DNA of 64,000 bases from the human T2T-CHM13v2.0 reference genome, Homo sapiens, in the NCBI RefSeq assembly GCF_009914755.1, contig NC_060934.1, one strand, 5' to 3'. This document shows positions 12,830 to 30,096 of this stretch, in pieces. The notes beneath the pieces are model-generated. The model was given only the letters and a program-made list of their open reading frames with translations. It was not told the DNA's origin and did not search any database. The first letter of the stretch is position 1. Each line of letters opens with the position of its first letter. Made by a program: the position numbers and the translations under genes.

Positions 12830-14368
12830 TACCTGTAAAGTGCAAATTCATAACTAGAAAAATGCAGATTAAAAAAATGCTAAGCTATTATTTCTCACCT
12901 ATCAGATGGGTAAAAATTAAAATAAAATTTTAACTAATAAAATGTACTAAATTAAAATATGACAACACATTTTGTTAGCCAGATCTTAGGAAAATAATCA
13001 CTCTTTTCATTGCTGTTAAGGAATACAAACTGCTACAACCCTTCTCAAGGGAAACTTGGCAATACCTAATATAACTACATAAGGAGCCCTATAATCTCAC
13101 TTATAAAATCTACCCTGAAGATACATATCCAACAATATGAAAAACATATGTACAAGTTTATTCATTGTAAGATTATATATAATTGCTAAATTTAAGAAAC
13201 AAATACTCATATATAGAACAGTGGTTTTTAAATAAACTCTAATAATTCACACAGGAGAGCACTATGCAGCTATAAAATAAATGAGGAAGAGCTCTATGGA
13301 TTCATATTCAGAGATTTCCAAGGTATATTTTTATGTGGAAAGCAAAGTACAGAAGAATATCTAGAGTATACTACTCTTCATGTAAGAAAGAAGTATATAT
13401 AAGAAAATATACATATATCCACATATATGAGGAAAAACATACTGGAAAGTTAAACTAGAAACAAATGAGATTCGTCACCTACAGAGGTTAAGTAGGATCA
13501 GTGTGGAAAAATTGGGGAATAAAAATGGGTAGAAATGATTAGAGAGATGTGACACACTCAGAGTATTCCTATATGCATAGCTCTAATTCCTATAAATATG
13601 GTAATGTTTCACCCCCCCAAAAAATAAATAATTAAAATTAACCAGGATGTTGGGGAAGGGAAGACCCAAAATGGAATATAAGCAGTAACAAATAAGCCCA
13701 ACTGTATTACAAATAAATGACATAATTATACTAAATGGGATAAAAAATAAAAGAATTATCTAACATAACCTGGAGAACATTATTTTAACCATATACTAGA
13801 AGGCTAAAAACAGAAAGAACTGTATGAAAATTTTGTACTTTAGTAAATTTGTTTTTCATAGGGTATGGGTTAGTATTTCTGAAACTACTTTATGTATGTA
13901 CTAGGATTGAGTAATTAAGAAATACACTGTGGATATTGAGAGCCAGTTTTCTGTCAGATAAAAGAGTTAAAATAGAGAAATTGTGAAGTAGCACAAACTC
14001 CAGATTGAAATCAGAGCAGGAATATCAGTGTGAATTCATGGATATACATGCAGTGAGATCCCAGTAGCAATGAGCACAACTAGTTTCCAGATCTTGGTTT
14101 CTAAATACCATTCTCGATGAAAGGAACCAGAGCTCCTTGGGGAAATGACTGAGTCCAGACTAGAGCAGGAGGAATGCAAGATGAGCTTAGACCATTTAAA
14201 GTGCCAGAAAGTAAAGACATGTTCACAAAATAATGGGGGCCAAGTCTACAAGACGTCGGAGCCAACTTAAAGGAGCTACTAATGCCCAAATCTGGACAAT
14301 TTGAACAACATGATCAACTGTGTGAAAGGCAAGTACAGAAGTGTATCTAGAATATATTACTCTTCATG
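12830..14368 (+). mobile_element. Old L1M (L1MC/L1MD-type) 3' region
   Basis: Degenerate ORF2 end and long 3'UTR motifs (ttggtttctaaataccattctc...aaaggaaccagagctccttgg). Confidence 0.65.
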
Positions 14369-14729
14369 GGGTTGTTTTACAGTTAACTTTTTTTTAATAA
14401 GTAGAAGGAGTACACTCTAGAATAATGATAAAAAGTATAGTATAGTAAATACATAAACCAGTAACATAGTCACTTATTATCATTATTAAGTATTATGTAC
14501 TGTACATAATTGTATGTGCCATACTTTTACATAGCTGACAGTGCAGTAGGTTTGTCTGCATTGCATCACTATAATCCTGTGAGCAATACGCTGTGTTACC
14601 AGGTTATGAAAGCTACCATGTCACTACATGATAGGAAATTTTCAGTTCAATTATAATCTTATGGGACCACCCACTATCATACATGTGGCCTGCCATTGAC
14701 CTAAATGTAATTATGAGGTGCATGACTAT
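14369..14729 (+). mobile_element. Tigger3b DNA transposon, 3' fragment
   Basis: Clearly homologous to 23805-24143; ends in TIR-like ggtgcatgacta. Confidence 0.8.
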
Positions 14730-15544
14730 ATATAAATATACATATGTTGGACATTCTGATAGGAAAATGCCTGGATATATAAGAAACAATGCTTTTACCT
14801 CTGAAAATCTGAATAAGGGAGGCTAGAGAGATAGAAAGACTTTTACTCTTCATATAATAATCTTTTTAAAAAATAATAAACTTTTAAAAATACTGTCAAT
14901 ATTATCCTAGGAAGCATAGTTTTATTTCTGTTTTCATTAATTAATTTGGACCCAGCATTGATGAAGTAAAGTTTAACTTTTATTTTAGTTTTTCTCGATT
15001 GTTGAATGAACATTCTTTCTCCCAGTTTCCAATTATGTTATCTACATTGAATCACTGCTTGACTCCATTTCCATATTTGTAGTGTTAGTCCCTGGTAAGA
15101 CAATAAACTTCCTTATAAGCAAATTTAGAAGCAATTATTTAATTCAAGCTTGCACAATTTTCTCGAGTCCAGCACGAGTTGTTGCCACATCTAACAATAG
15201 CAAAGTAAAGGTTGCAATGCTTACTAGTGATGATTTCTTGAGGAAGAAAAATAAGTCTTACTTAACAATAGAAACCTTTTTTGTCTTGCTGCCCAAGTCA
15301 CCAATTTTATATAGGGGAAGTAGTTAAAATTAACTAATTATGACAATTCCAGGGTAAATTAATTTCTTAGAAATGTTTCAGAGAATAATACTTTCTGCCT
15401 CAAAAGTATGCATTTATTATGTATCAAATAAAATTTTAAATTTAGAGAACATTGAAGAAATATGAGATCAGAGAAATCAAAGATTATTATTAAATTACAT
15501 TTCTTTTGGTATCTCCTGAGATTTCTCAATTATGCATTACTTGT

Positions 15545-17335
<1,791 letters not shown>

Positions 17336-17344
17336 ATTAAAAAT

Positions 17345-18010
<666 letters not shown>

Positions 18011-18369
18011 ATGTTTATATTTTCCAAATGCTTCACAAAGAAATAAATGCTTCCTGGCTTCCATCACAGGCATTGCAGGAAAGGAATTGTCTAACTAGAT
18101 GACTACAGATAATACAAAGCAGTGAATAAAAATAGAAGGCAGTTCAGAATATGTTTCAGCTCTCGATTCTCTAAGAAATTGATGACAAGTACAACTGAGT
18201 TAACATCAAAGCATCAAACCAAGCTTTTCATAAGTGAATTCAGCCATCTTCATGGTGCCTGGGCTTCCTTGCTGGCTCCTGTCCTCCTGTTCACCTCTGG
18301 ATTTGGTAGTTCCTTTAGACTTGGTCCTAATCCTTTTTCTCTTCTCATGTTACTTTTTTTCCCATGGCT

Positions 18370-18930
18370 TTGAATATATACTTATGACTCCATATTTAGC
18401 ACCAACTCAAACCTCTCTTCTCAACCTCAGATCCAAATACCCAAATGCTTTCAAGGCATTCTTACTTAAATGCCGCACAAATGTAAGATGTCTACAGCTG
18501 TACTTGTTCTTTTCCATCAATCCTGCCTCACCTCCAGTCTTCCACATCCTAATGATGCCACCTTCTACTCGGATATTCAAGCCAGAACCTGGATATTATC
18601 CCTGACTCCATCTCCCTCATGTTACACATTCAAACTCTCACTAAGACCATTTGGTTCTACCTAAAATTTTGTCTTGAATCTCTCCATTTCTGCCTTCTTT
18701 ACTGCTGCCACCCTAGTATAAACTATCATCCTCTCTTGCAACAACTTTCCAAACGGTCATCTACCTTCCACTATTGCCTATGACAATGCATTCTCTATCT
18801 TAGAAGATGAAGATTCGGTAATTCCCCTGATTAGAATCCTTTAGTGACTTCCCTCTACTCTTTGATGAAATGCAAAATCCTAACTAAGGCTAGCAGCTTC
18901 CTGAAAGATCTGCCCCTATCTCTCCATCAT
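18370..18930 (+). mobile_element. L2 fragment
   Basis: Pyrimidine-rich L2 motifs (actgctgccaccctagt...atcatcctctcttgc; aaatgcaaaatcctaac). Confidence 0.55.
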
Positions 18931-19111
18931 TTCAAATCATTTGTTGCCTGTGTTATTGTCCTATTGGTTTTTAGGGTCTTAAATGTGTCCAGAACCAGCT
19001 CACAACCTTCATGCTTGTTTTTTTGTTCTTTCCAGAAAGTTATTTTCCCCTGTCTCTTGGTTGGTTCTCTCTTTTTAGGGGAAGCTTTTGCTAGGACTTA
19101 GAAAGTAAAAA

Positions 19112-19737
19112 TCTGTTCCATCACTCATCAAGCTGGATTAATAAACATTGATAAAACTAGCTGCAAAGTTTACGGGAAACTAGTTATCCCAAAGACATGC
19201 GATAAAGCTTCATAACAACCCCATTCTTTGAGTGATTACTGTTTTCTTACTTGCTAAGAAACTTTGTTCTTTAAAATTATATGCTATTAGAAAAGAAACG
19301 TTGTCGTTTGAAATTATATTATTATAACATAAAACATCATAGTGTCTTGGAGACTCTAAAACACTTTGACACAGAGAATCAGCCTCCATTTCCATTCCAG
19401 CCACAGAGCTTAAGAAAAGGGCTTCTGGACACAATAATCCATATCTGTCTTAACTTTCTAGTTTTCAAGGAAGCAGAACCCTGGATCCTGCCCAGACCTG
19501 ATGTTGACTCCTGATTTGCTTTGAGTTCATCAAAAGCCACTTAAATGGTTTCAATTAAATCTCACCCAAACTCTACTCTTCCCCCAAATCCTGTAATGAT
19601 TATCTTGTCCTTGTTTGGTGAGTGAGATGCCTCACAGTTCTGTGTGTGATCTCCCTCACTGCAATGAATCTATAAATATGACTTTGTCGAACTCTAAGTT
19701 GTTTCCTTGCGCTTGTAGACTGATTGAGGTAGGACAT
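19112..19737 (+). mobile_element. Probable ERV1-class LTR (MER67-like)
   Basis: TG...CA bounded, ends ctccctcactgcaatgaatctataaa...gactgattgaggtaggaca; family from memory only. Confidence 0.4.
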
Positions 19738-20375
19738 GTGACTCTTCTTCAAAAAGTCTTCTCTAAAGTTCCCACGACAAAATAGGTCCTCCTAATTCGT
19801 TGTATCATCAGCACCTTCTACTTTTCTTTCATAGTGTATTATATCCTTCAAGACCCCAAAGGAATTCGATACTTAAGTCAAAATATTTGGTTAAAAATAT
19901 TAATCAGTTATATCTGCTCCACTTTGTCGGTAACGGGGTAAAGTGGAAAACAATCCAAATGTCCAATACTTAAAGTTTGAAGCAGGTTAAATATTCCTTA
20001 CCTCCCATACTACATCTCATGATGTTTGCATGGTGCATAAAAGTTTTGTAAGCCTGTAGTAATTTGAAAGATTAATTTTTGACCAATTTGAAAAAGTTTT
20101 TAAGCAAGTTGAAGAACCTTGACAAACAAGCAAAGCGGGACTGATTAACTGAATTAGAAAGAAAAAAAACCTGAAATGGTAAAAAAAAATTATTTAACAC
20201 ATTCTTTTTATTGTTTAGTTTCTTATGTGTATTTTTATATATTTATTATGGTATTAAACCAAGGAATATCTTATGACAGGAAAGCAAAAACAATACAAAG
20301 GACACAGTAATTCCACCTATCTACAAGTAGTAGAACTTAACATCTTTCTTTCCTTAACACATTATCTCCCACTGA

Positions 20376-20716
<341 letters not shown>

Positions 20717-21550
20717 AACCATTTTTTATTTTAAACAGTCTTGTCATTGAAGCTTTAATATTATTAATTTCTAAGCTCCAAAACCTGAGGGAGGAAAGGG
20801 AAGGCTGAAGTCTCAAGAAAGAGCAAAGTAGTGAGATGACTGAGATGCAACTTCCTACCTCACAAGTTTGTCTTGGGTTAATTCTAAGTCCTAAAAACTA
20901 CCAAGTATCCACTCAGTAAATAGCTGTTGAATAAATGAATGAACAGATGTCTCAATAAGCAAAATTGGTTTAATATGTCTATTTAGTGTTCAATTTCTCA
21001 TAAGGATGTTATTTCCATGTTTAGGATAAAAATTCAAAATAGAGTTTTCAGCTCCTTACATTAGCTAAGGTGGGTGTACATTTATCTCCTGCCTGGTACC
21101 TTTCCTTTCTGACAAGTTTCTAGTCTGCTGTATTACACTATCTAAAACAGCCACTCTGAGCTGACTAGCACCTTATCACTTTAGACTTTCCTCACCTCCT
21201 CTGGCCCGGCACATCTAATATTTTGTTTAATCCTAAGTACTCCAGTTATTGCTCATGTCAAGAACAGACACATTATCACTGGAATTCAGGCTGAGGAAGA
21301 AACTCCACTGAAGCCTTCAGTCTCAACATTAAGAATCAAGGAAGGCCTTTATTTATTTATTTTTCAAATACCAGCCATCCTTCATCTGCACCCCAAATCA
21401 TCAAATGTTTTTATCAACTCTCTGTAAAAATTTTGAATTTCTTAAAAAACTGAAACAGAGATGATAAATACAAGTAGCCAGTTTTAAGTACCACTGCTTC
21501 TTACTTCAAAGAATTTCCTCTAGATTTGCTATTGTTTGCAAAATATATAG

Positions 21551-21850
<300 letters not shown>

Positions 21851-22289
21851 ATAAAACATATATTAAATATTCCAGTTACAAAAATAACAATTACCAAAAA
21901 CTCCAACAAATAATACCTGTGCCTAATATACAGTGTGGCAATGTTCATTATGAAGTTTTAATACAGAGAACTTTTTTTCAGAATTTTTAAGAGAATAAAT
22001 TTTTCTTTTAAGAATACCTAAGCCTTATGAACATCTGATGTTCAAATACCCAGCAATGGCTGGTCGTCTTTTGCTTGCCTAAACTCCATCTGAACAATGG
22101 CAAAGCTCTGCTGAACCAACCAACATAAGGAATTGCACATCCCCACATTTCTTTCCATCTTTTTCTTTTCTGTCAGACTTTCACTCTTTTGCTGATAGTA
22201 AGTACCCTTAATCTATTAAAAGAAATACAAAAATCACTTCTGACTTGCCTATTCTGTTTCATTATATGCATATTTACATCACCACTGTA

Positions 22290-22445
22290 TGACAAATTAT
22301 TTCACCTCATAGACCCTGTTTTCTGATCTGTAAAAGTGGTTAATGGTACTTACCTAAAAGGTTGTAAAATTTTTTAAAATAAAGTATGTAAAGCTTTCAG
22401 TGCAATGCCTTGTATTTGGCAAGTGCATTGTAAATGGGAGTATTA
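22290..22445 (+). mobile_element. MIR SINE
   Basis: tttctgatctgtaaaagtggttaatggtacttacct...gtatgtaaagc...caatgcctt. Confidence 0.6.
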
Positions 22446-22763
22446 TCTACATCAACATCTTCATCAAGATTACAATACTGCTGTGACTCATTCCTGATTA
22501 AGGTCATGCATTACTTAACAAGGATATAGTCTGAAAAATTCATCATGAGGTGATTCCATCGTTGTGCAAACATCATACTGTGCACTTACACAAACAGAGA
22601 TGGTATAGTCTACAACACATCTAGGCTATATATGGCATTGTCTATTGTTCCTAGGCTGCAAACCTGGACAGCCTATTATTGTACTGAATACTGTAAGCAG
22701 TTGTAACATAATGGTCAATATTTGTGTACCTAAATGTAGAAAAGGTACAGTAAAAGTAAACTA

Positions 22764-23370
<607 letters not shown>

Positions 23371-23444
23371 TATAAGCTTTCTTCTATTTAAAAATTTTTA
23401 TTTATTTTTTACTTTCAAACTTTTTTGTTTAAAAATGAAGACAT

Positions 23445-23628
23445 AGCCAGGTGCTATGGTGCAAGCCTATAATCCCAGCTACTCAGAAGGCTGAGGTGGG
23501 AGGATTGTCCAAGGCCAGGAGTTCGAGGCTGCAGTGCAATATGATTGCACCTGTGAACAGCCACTGCACTCCAGCGTGGGCCAACATAGTGAGGCCTAGT
23601 CTCAAAAAAAAAAAAACAAAAAACAAAA
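23445..23628 (+). mobile_element. Alu monomer (FAM/FRAM-like)
   Basis: Single arm plus A tail; TSD aagacata. Confidence 0.85.
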
Positions 23629-24219
23629 AGACATAAACACACATTACACATGAGACTAGGCCTACACAGGGCCAGGGTCTTCAATATCACTGTCTTTCAC
23701 TTCCCTATCTTCTCCCATTGGAAGGTCTTCAGGAGCAGTAACATGCATGGAGCTGCCATCTCCTATGGTAACTATGCCTTATCTGGAACACCTCCTGAAG
23801 GACTGTTTTGCAGTTAACTTTTTTTTAAGTATAAAAAAGACACTCTAAAATAATAAGACAAGTATAATATAGCAAGTACATAAACCCATAACGCAGTCGT
23901 TTATTATCATTATCAAGTACCATGTACTGTACATATTGTATGTACTATACTTTTATAGGACTGGCAGCACAGTAGGTTCGTTTACACCAGCATCATCACA
24001 AATATGTAAGTAATGTGTTGTACCATGATCAGCTCTGACATATCTGGGCAATAAAAATTTTTCAGCTCCACTGTAATCTTAAGGAACTACCACTGTATAT
24101 GAAGTTTGTCATTGACCAAAAGGTCATTATGTGGTGTGTGACTGTAATATAAAAATAGCTATTGTGATAAAATTATTTTAAGGGAGGGAGACAATGGGTT
24201 GGGAAGTAAAATTAGTCAT

Positions 24220-24986
24220 TTTGTTAGTTTTTTATTGCTGCTGTAACAGATTATGACAAACTTAAACATTAAAATAACACAGATGGGCCAGAAACTGTGA
24301 CTCTCACACTTATAAGCCCAGCACTTTGGGAGGCTGAGGCAGGAGGATTGCTTGAGCCCAGGAGTTGGAGACCAGGGTGGGCAACATAGTGAGACCCCAT
24401 CTCTACAAAAAATAAAAAACAAAATTAGCCAGGTGTGGTGGCACATGTCTGTAGCTCCACCTACTCAGGAGGCTGAGGCAGGAGGATCATTTGAGCCTGG
24501 GAGGTTGAGGCTGTAGTGAGCCCAGACCATGCCACTGCACTCTAGCCTGAGCAACAGAGCAAGACCTGTCCCTAAAAAAATAAAAATAAAAAAAAACAAC
24601 ACAGATGTATTGTTGTATAGATCTGGAGATCAGAAGTTTCAAATGGGTTGGCAAGGCTGCTTTCCTTCTGGAGGCTCTAGGAGGAGAATCCATTTCCCTG
24701 TCTGTCTCAGCTTCTAGAGGCTGCCCACATTCCTTGGATCTAGCCCCCGCATCACTCTGACCTCTACTTCATCACATCACCTTCTCTCCCTTTGTCTCAC
24801 ATTTCCTTTTTTATAAAGATCCTTGTGATTACATTGGGGACATCAGATAACCCAGGATAATCTCCCAATTTCAAGATCCTTAACTTAATCACATTTGCAA
24901 ATTCTCTTTTGCCATATAACGTAACAGTGATAGGTTCTGAGGATTTGCATATGGAAATAATGGAGGCCATTATTTAGTTTAACACA
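24220..24986 (-). mobile_element. MLT1 (MaLR) LTR containing an AluJ (24286-24595, +)
   Basis: attgctgctgtaaca...tccttctggaggctctaggaggagaatcc...cccaggataatctccc; Alu TSD aacacagatg. Confidence 0.8.
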
Positions 24987-25344
24987 GTCATTAAAAAAAG
25001 AAATTGGGGCATTTAACCTTCTAGAAACTGAATTGAAATTTCTCCATAATCAATAGAAAACTTTCTATTTTCTCAACACTAGTGAAACCTGCTTTTCTTT
25101 GGTGACACCAGTTGATAAAAATAAAACTATTTCTGATTCAATATGTTGCTTTCCCCTTTGGTTATCAGTAGTTTAATTGAATTATTGACTACAGTTTTAT
25201 GGCAAATGTGAATTCTGGGTTGAACAAACTAAATTGAGATGCAAATACCAATTTGTAACATTGATCCTGTGGGTGAATAATTTCATAGTCCCAACAAATG
25301 TACTTATGTTTACCAACTTGCAATACAAGGTCTTTTTAAAAGTA

Positions 25345-26100
25345 ATTAATTTATTTTTATTTTTATTTTTTTAAAGACAGGGTCTCATTCTGTCTTGCAG
25401 GCTGTTGTACAGTGGCCTGATTATAGCTCACTGTAGCCTCGAAATTCTGGGCTGAAATGATCCTCCTGCCTCAGCCTCCAAAGTAGCTGAGACTACAGGT
25501 ATGTGTCACCACACCCAGCTAAATTTTATATATTTTTTCTAGAGACAAGGGTATGTAGCCCAGGTATTTGACCCTCCAAATCTGATGTTGAAATTGGATA
25601 CCCAGTGTTGGAGGTGGGGCCTAATGGAAGGTATTTGGCTCATGGGGCAGATCCCTCATGAATAGATTAATGTTCTCCCTGGGTTGCAGGTGAGTGAGTT
25701 TTTGGTCTCTTAGTTCCTGTGAGAGCTAGGTTTTACAGGATTTTTTTTTTTTTAGGCTGGTCTTGAACTCTTGGGCTGAAGAGATCCTCCCACCTCAGCC
25801 TCCCAAGGTGTTGAGATTACAAGCATGAGCCACCTCACCTGGCCAAGAGCTAGTTGTTAAAAGAGCCTAGCACTACCCTCCTCTTTCTTGTTTCCTCTCT
25901 CACCATGTGATCTCCACACACATTGGCTTGCCTTCCCTTTCTGACATGAGCGGAAGCAGCCTGAGGCCCTCACCAGATGTGGATGCCAGTGCCATGCTTC
26001 TTGTACAATCTGCAGAATCATTAGCTAAATACACCTCTTTTCTTTATAAATTACCCAGCCTTGGGTATTCCTTTATAGCAACACAAACAGAGAAAGACAT
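25345..26100. mobile_element. AluJ pieces (25345-25563 and 25741-25844, -) interleaved with an MSTB1-like LTR (25564-26100, +)
   Basis: MST motifs (tgttggaggtggggcctaatgg...ggcagatccctcatgaatagattaatg; ataaattacccagcc...tatagcaacacaaac). Confidence 0.75.
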
Positions 26101-29100
26101 ATGCAATTTGCCATTTTAATCATTTTTAACTGTACAATTTGGTGGTATTAATTATATTTACAATGTTGTACAACCGTTACCACCATCTATTACCAAAACC
26201 CTTTCGTCACCCCAAATAGAAACTGTGCTTATTCAGCAAAAACTCCCACTTTCCTCTCCTTCCAGCCTCTGGTAACCTCTGGTAACTTCTAATCTACCTC
26301 CTGTCTCTATGAATTTGCCTATTGTAAATATTTCACATAATGGTATCATACACTATCTTTTTGTGTCTAGCTTATTTCACTTAGCATAATGTTTTCAAGG
26401 TTCATCCATCTTATAGCATGTATCAGTATTCCATTCTTCTTTTCTATGGCTGAATAATAATTGTATGTATATACTGCATCTTGTTTATCCATTTATCTTT
26501 TTGTTTGTTTGTTTGTTTTTTAAAGACAGGGTTTTACCATGTTGGCCAAGCTAGTCTCGAACTCCTGAACTCAGGTGATCCGACCACCTTGGCCTTGGAA
26601 AGTACTGGGATTACAGGCGTGAGCCATCGTGCCTGGCCTATCCATTTATCTTTTGATAGACATTTTGGTTGTTTCTACCTTTTGTCTATTGTGAATAATG
26701 CTGCTATGAACATTAGTGTACAAGTCACTGTTTAAGTTGTTGTTTTCAATTCTTTTGGGTATTGTATTAGGCCATTCTTGCATTGGTATAAAGAAATACC
26801 TGACACTGGGTAAGTTCCAAAGAAAAAAGGGTTTAGTTGCCTCACATTTCTGCAGGCTGTACAGGAAGCATAGCAGCATCTGCTTCCGGGGAGGCTTCAG
26901 GAAGCTTCCAATCATGATGGAAGGCAAAGTGGGTGCATGCATGTCACATGGCAAAAGCCAGAGCAAGAGAGGAAGTGGGGAGGTGCTGCACACTTTTAAA
27001 CAATCAAATCTTGTGAGAACTCACAATCTTGATGACAGCTAGAGATGGTGAAGCCATTCATGAGAAACCACTCCCATGATCCAATCACCTCCCACCAGGC
27101 CCCAACTCTAACACTGGAGATTAATTATATTTCAACATGAGATTTGCATAGGAACAAACAGTCAAACTATATCAGGTATATACTTAAGAGTAGAATTACT
27201 GGGTGATAATTCTGTTTTACGTTTTGAGGAATTGCCAAACTATCTTCCTCAGCAGTTAAACCATTTACATTCCCACCAGCAGTATACTAGGTTTCCAATT
27301 TCTCCACATGTTCAACAACACTAGTTATTTTTTCTTCTAATTATAGCCATTCTAGTAGGTACAAAGTGGTATCTCATTGTGGTTTTAGCATCTTTTGAGT
27401 TGCTTATTGACCATTTACATGTCTTTTTTTTAGAGAAGTGTCTAAGTCTTTTGTCCATTAAAAAAATTGAGTTATTTATCTTTTATTTGTTGAGTTGTAG
27501 GATTCTTTATGCGTTCAATTCTTTTGGGTATTGTATTAGGCCATTCTTGCATTGCCATAAAGAAATGCCTGAGTATATTAGTTTTTTGTCAGATATATGA
27601 TTTGCAAACATTTTCTCCAATTTTTTGTGTTATCTTTTCACTCTCTTTATAGTGTCACTTGATACACAATTTTGATGAAGTCCAATTTATCAGTTGTTTC
27701 ATCACTTGTACTTTTGATGTTATATTTAAGAAACCGTTGTCAAACCCAAGGTCATGAAGATTTTTCAGTATGTTTTCCTCTAAGAGTTTTATAGCATTTA
27801 ATATTTAAGTGTTTTATAGCATTAAATTTTGGTCTTTGATCCATTTTGAGTTAATTTTTGTACATTGTGTAAAAGTATAGGTCCAACTTCATTCTTTTGC
27901 TTGTGGATATCTAGTTTCCCCAACACCATTTGTTAAAGAGATTGTCCTTTTCCCCATTGAGTGGTCCTGGAACCCTTGCTGAAAATTAATTACCCATAGA
28001 TGTGAGTGTTAGTTCTGGCCTCTCGATTCTATTCCATTGGTCTATATTGTCTATCTCTGTGCCAAGTCCATGCTATTTCAATTACTATAGCTATGTAGTA
28101 AATTTTAATATCAGAAAATGTGATCCTACAACTTTGTTCCTCTTCAGATTATTTTGGCTATTTTGGGTTCCTTGAAATTTTATATGAATTTTAGAATAGG
28201 TTTTTCCATTTCTGCCAAAAGCGCTGTTGGGATTTTAATAGCATGATTACATTGACTCTACATATCATTTTGAGTAGCGTTGTCATTTTAACAATATTAA
28301 GTCTTCCAACTTATGAACACAGGATCTCTTTCCATTTATTTAAGTCTACTTTAATTTCTTTCCAGAATGCTTTGTAGTTTTCAGTGTACAAGTCTTCTGC
28401 CTTCTTGGTTAAATTGATTTCTAAATATTTTATTCTTTTGGGTACTACTGTAAATAAAAAATTCTTAATTTCCTTTTCAGATCTTTTACTGCTAGTGTGT
28501 AGAAACACGACTGATTTTTGTGTGTTGATTTTGTATTCTGAAGCTTTGCTAAATTTGTTTATTAGCTTTAAGAGGCTATTTTTGGTATTCTTTAGGGCTT
28601 TCTACACTTATATCACTTGCAAATAGAGATAGTTTTACTTCTTCCTTTCTAATTTGGATTTATTTTATTTCTTTTTCTTGCCTTATGGGTCTGGCTAGAA
28701 CTGCCAATACTATGTTGAATAGAAGTGGCAAACACAGGCATCCATGGCTTCTGATTTTAGTGGAAAAGCTTGAAATTTTTCCCCATTGAGAATGATGTCA
28801 GTCGTGAGTTTTTAATACATGGTCTTTATCATGTTGAGACAGTTCCTTTCTATTCCTGGTTTGTTGAACAGTTCTATCATAAAGGAGGAATGGATTTTCT
28901 CAAATGTTCTTCTATATCAATTGAGATGATCATGAGTTTTTCACTCCTTCATTCTATTACTTGGTGTATTACATCGACTGATTTTCATATGTTAAACCAT
29001 TCTTATATTTCTGGGACAAATCTCAGTTGGTCATAGTGTAAAATTCTTTTAAGGGCTGCTGAATTTAATTTCCTAGTATTTTGTTGGGGATTTTTGTATC

Positions 29101-29700
29101 TATAATGCATTCATAGGGGACATTTGGCTATAGTTTTCTTGTATTGTCTGTCTAGCTTTGGTATCAGGGTAATGTTGGCTTCATAGAATGACTCAGAAAG
29201 GGTTCTGTTTCTCAACTTTTTGGAGGAGTTCGAGAAGGATTAGTGTTAATTCGTTTCTAAACGTTTGGTAGAATTCACCAGCGAAGTCATCAGTTCCTGG
29301 GCGTTTCTTTGTTAGGAGAGTTTTGGTTGCTGATTCAACCAAAATTGAATATCATTACTTTTTATAGATCTATTCAGATTTATTCTTTCTTCTTGAGTCA
29401 ACTTTGTTGGTTTGTGTGTTTCTAGGAATTTGTCTATTTCATCTAGGTTATCCAATTTTTTGACATATAGCTCTTATACGAATTCTCTTACAACCCTTTT
29501 TATTCCTATAAATCAGTAGTAGTGTTTTTCATTTCTGATTTTAGTAGTTGAGTATTCTTTTTCCTTAATCTAGTTAAAGCTTTGTCAACTTTGTTGATCT
29601 CTTCAAAGAACTAATTTGTTGTTTCATTGATTCTATTGTTTTTCTATTCTCTATTTCATTTATTTTTGCTCTAATCCTTATTATTTCCTTCCTCTTTATG
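26101..29700 (-). mobile_element. L1MB-type LINE (3'UTR and ORF2), with Alu monomer (26500-26638) and MSTA inserts
   Basis: ORF 28311..28508 (KRIKYLEINLTKKAEDLYTENYK...LNKWKEI) is ORF2p; Alu TSD tatccatttatctttt. Confidence 0.85.
26763..27174 (-). mobile_element. MSTA-type solo LTR
   Basis: tgtattaggccattcttgcattg...caaactatatca; perfect 5-bp TSD GGTAT. Confidence 0.88.
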
Positions 29701-30096
29701 GCTTCAAACTCAATTGAACATAAAGTATTAAGAAATTTGATTTTTTTCTCAAATGTCTAAGATGTAAGAATAAATATATCTAGAGTCATCAAAAAGCAGC
29801 CTGTTTGTCAGATTTACTGTTTAATCCATGTAAACAGCTTTCATATAATTCATGATAGAATATCACTATGTGCTTTGGAAGACACTGAGGAAAGACAAAA
29901 GGTCATTGGGCAGAACCACCCTAGATTGAATGTTAAGGCCATCTTCTAGTTTGCAGGACTTGTGGTAGACAGACAGAATAATATCCTGGACCTCTTGGGT
30001 GTATACAGGACAAACTGAAATAAACTCTCATTTTTAGATCATAATGTCATCATGAAACATATCAATTTGGTCTATTTCTGAAGAAAACAAGCACAA

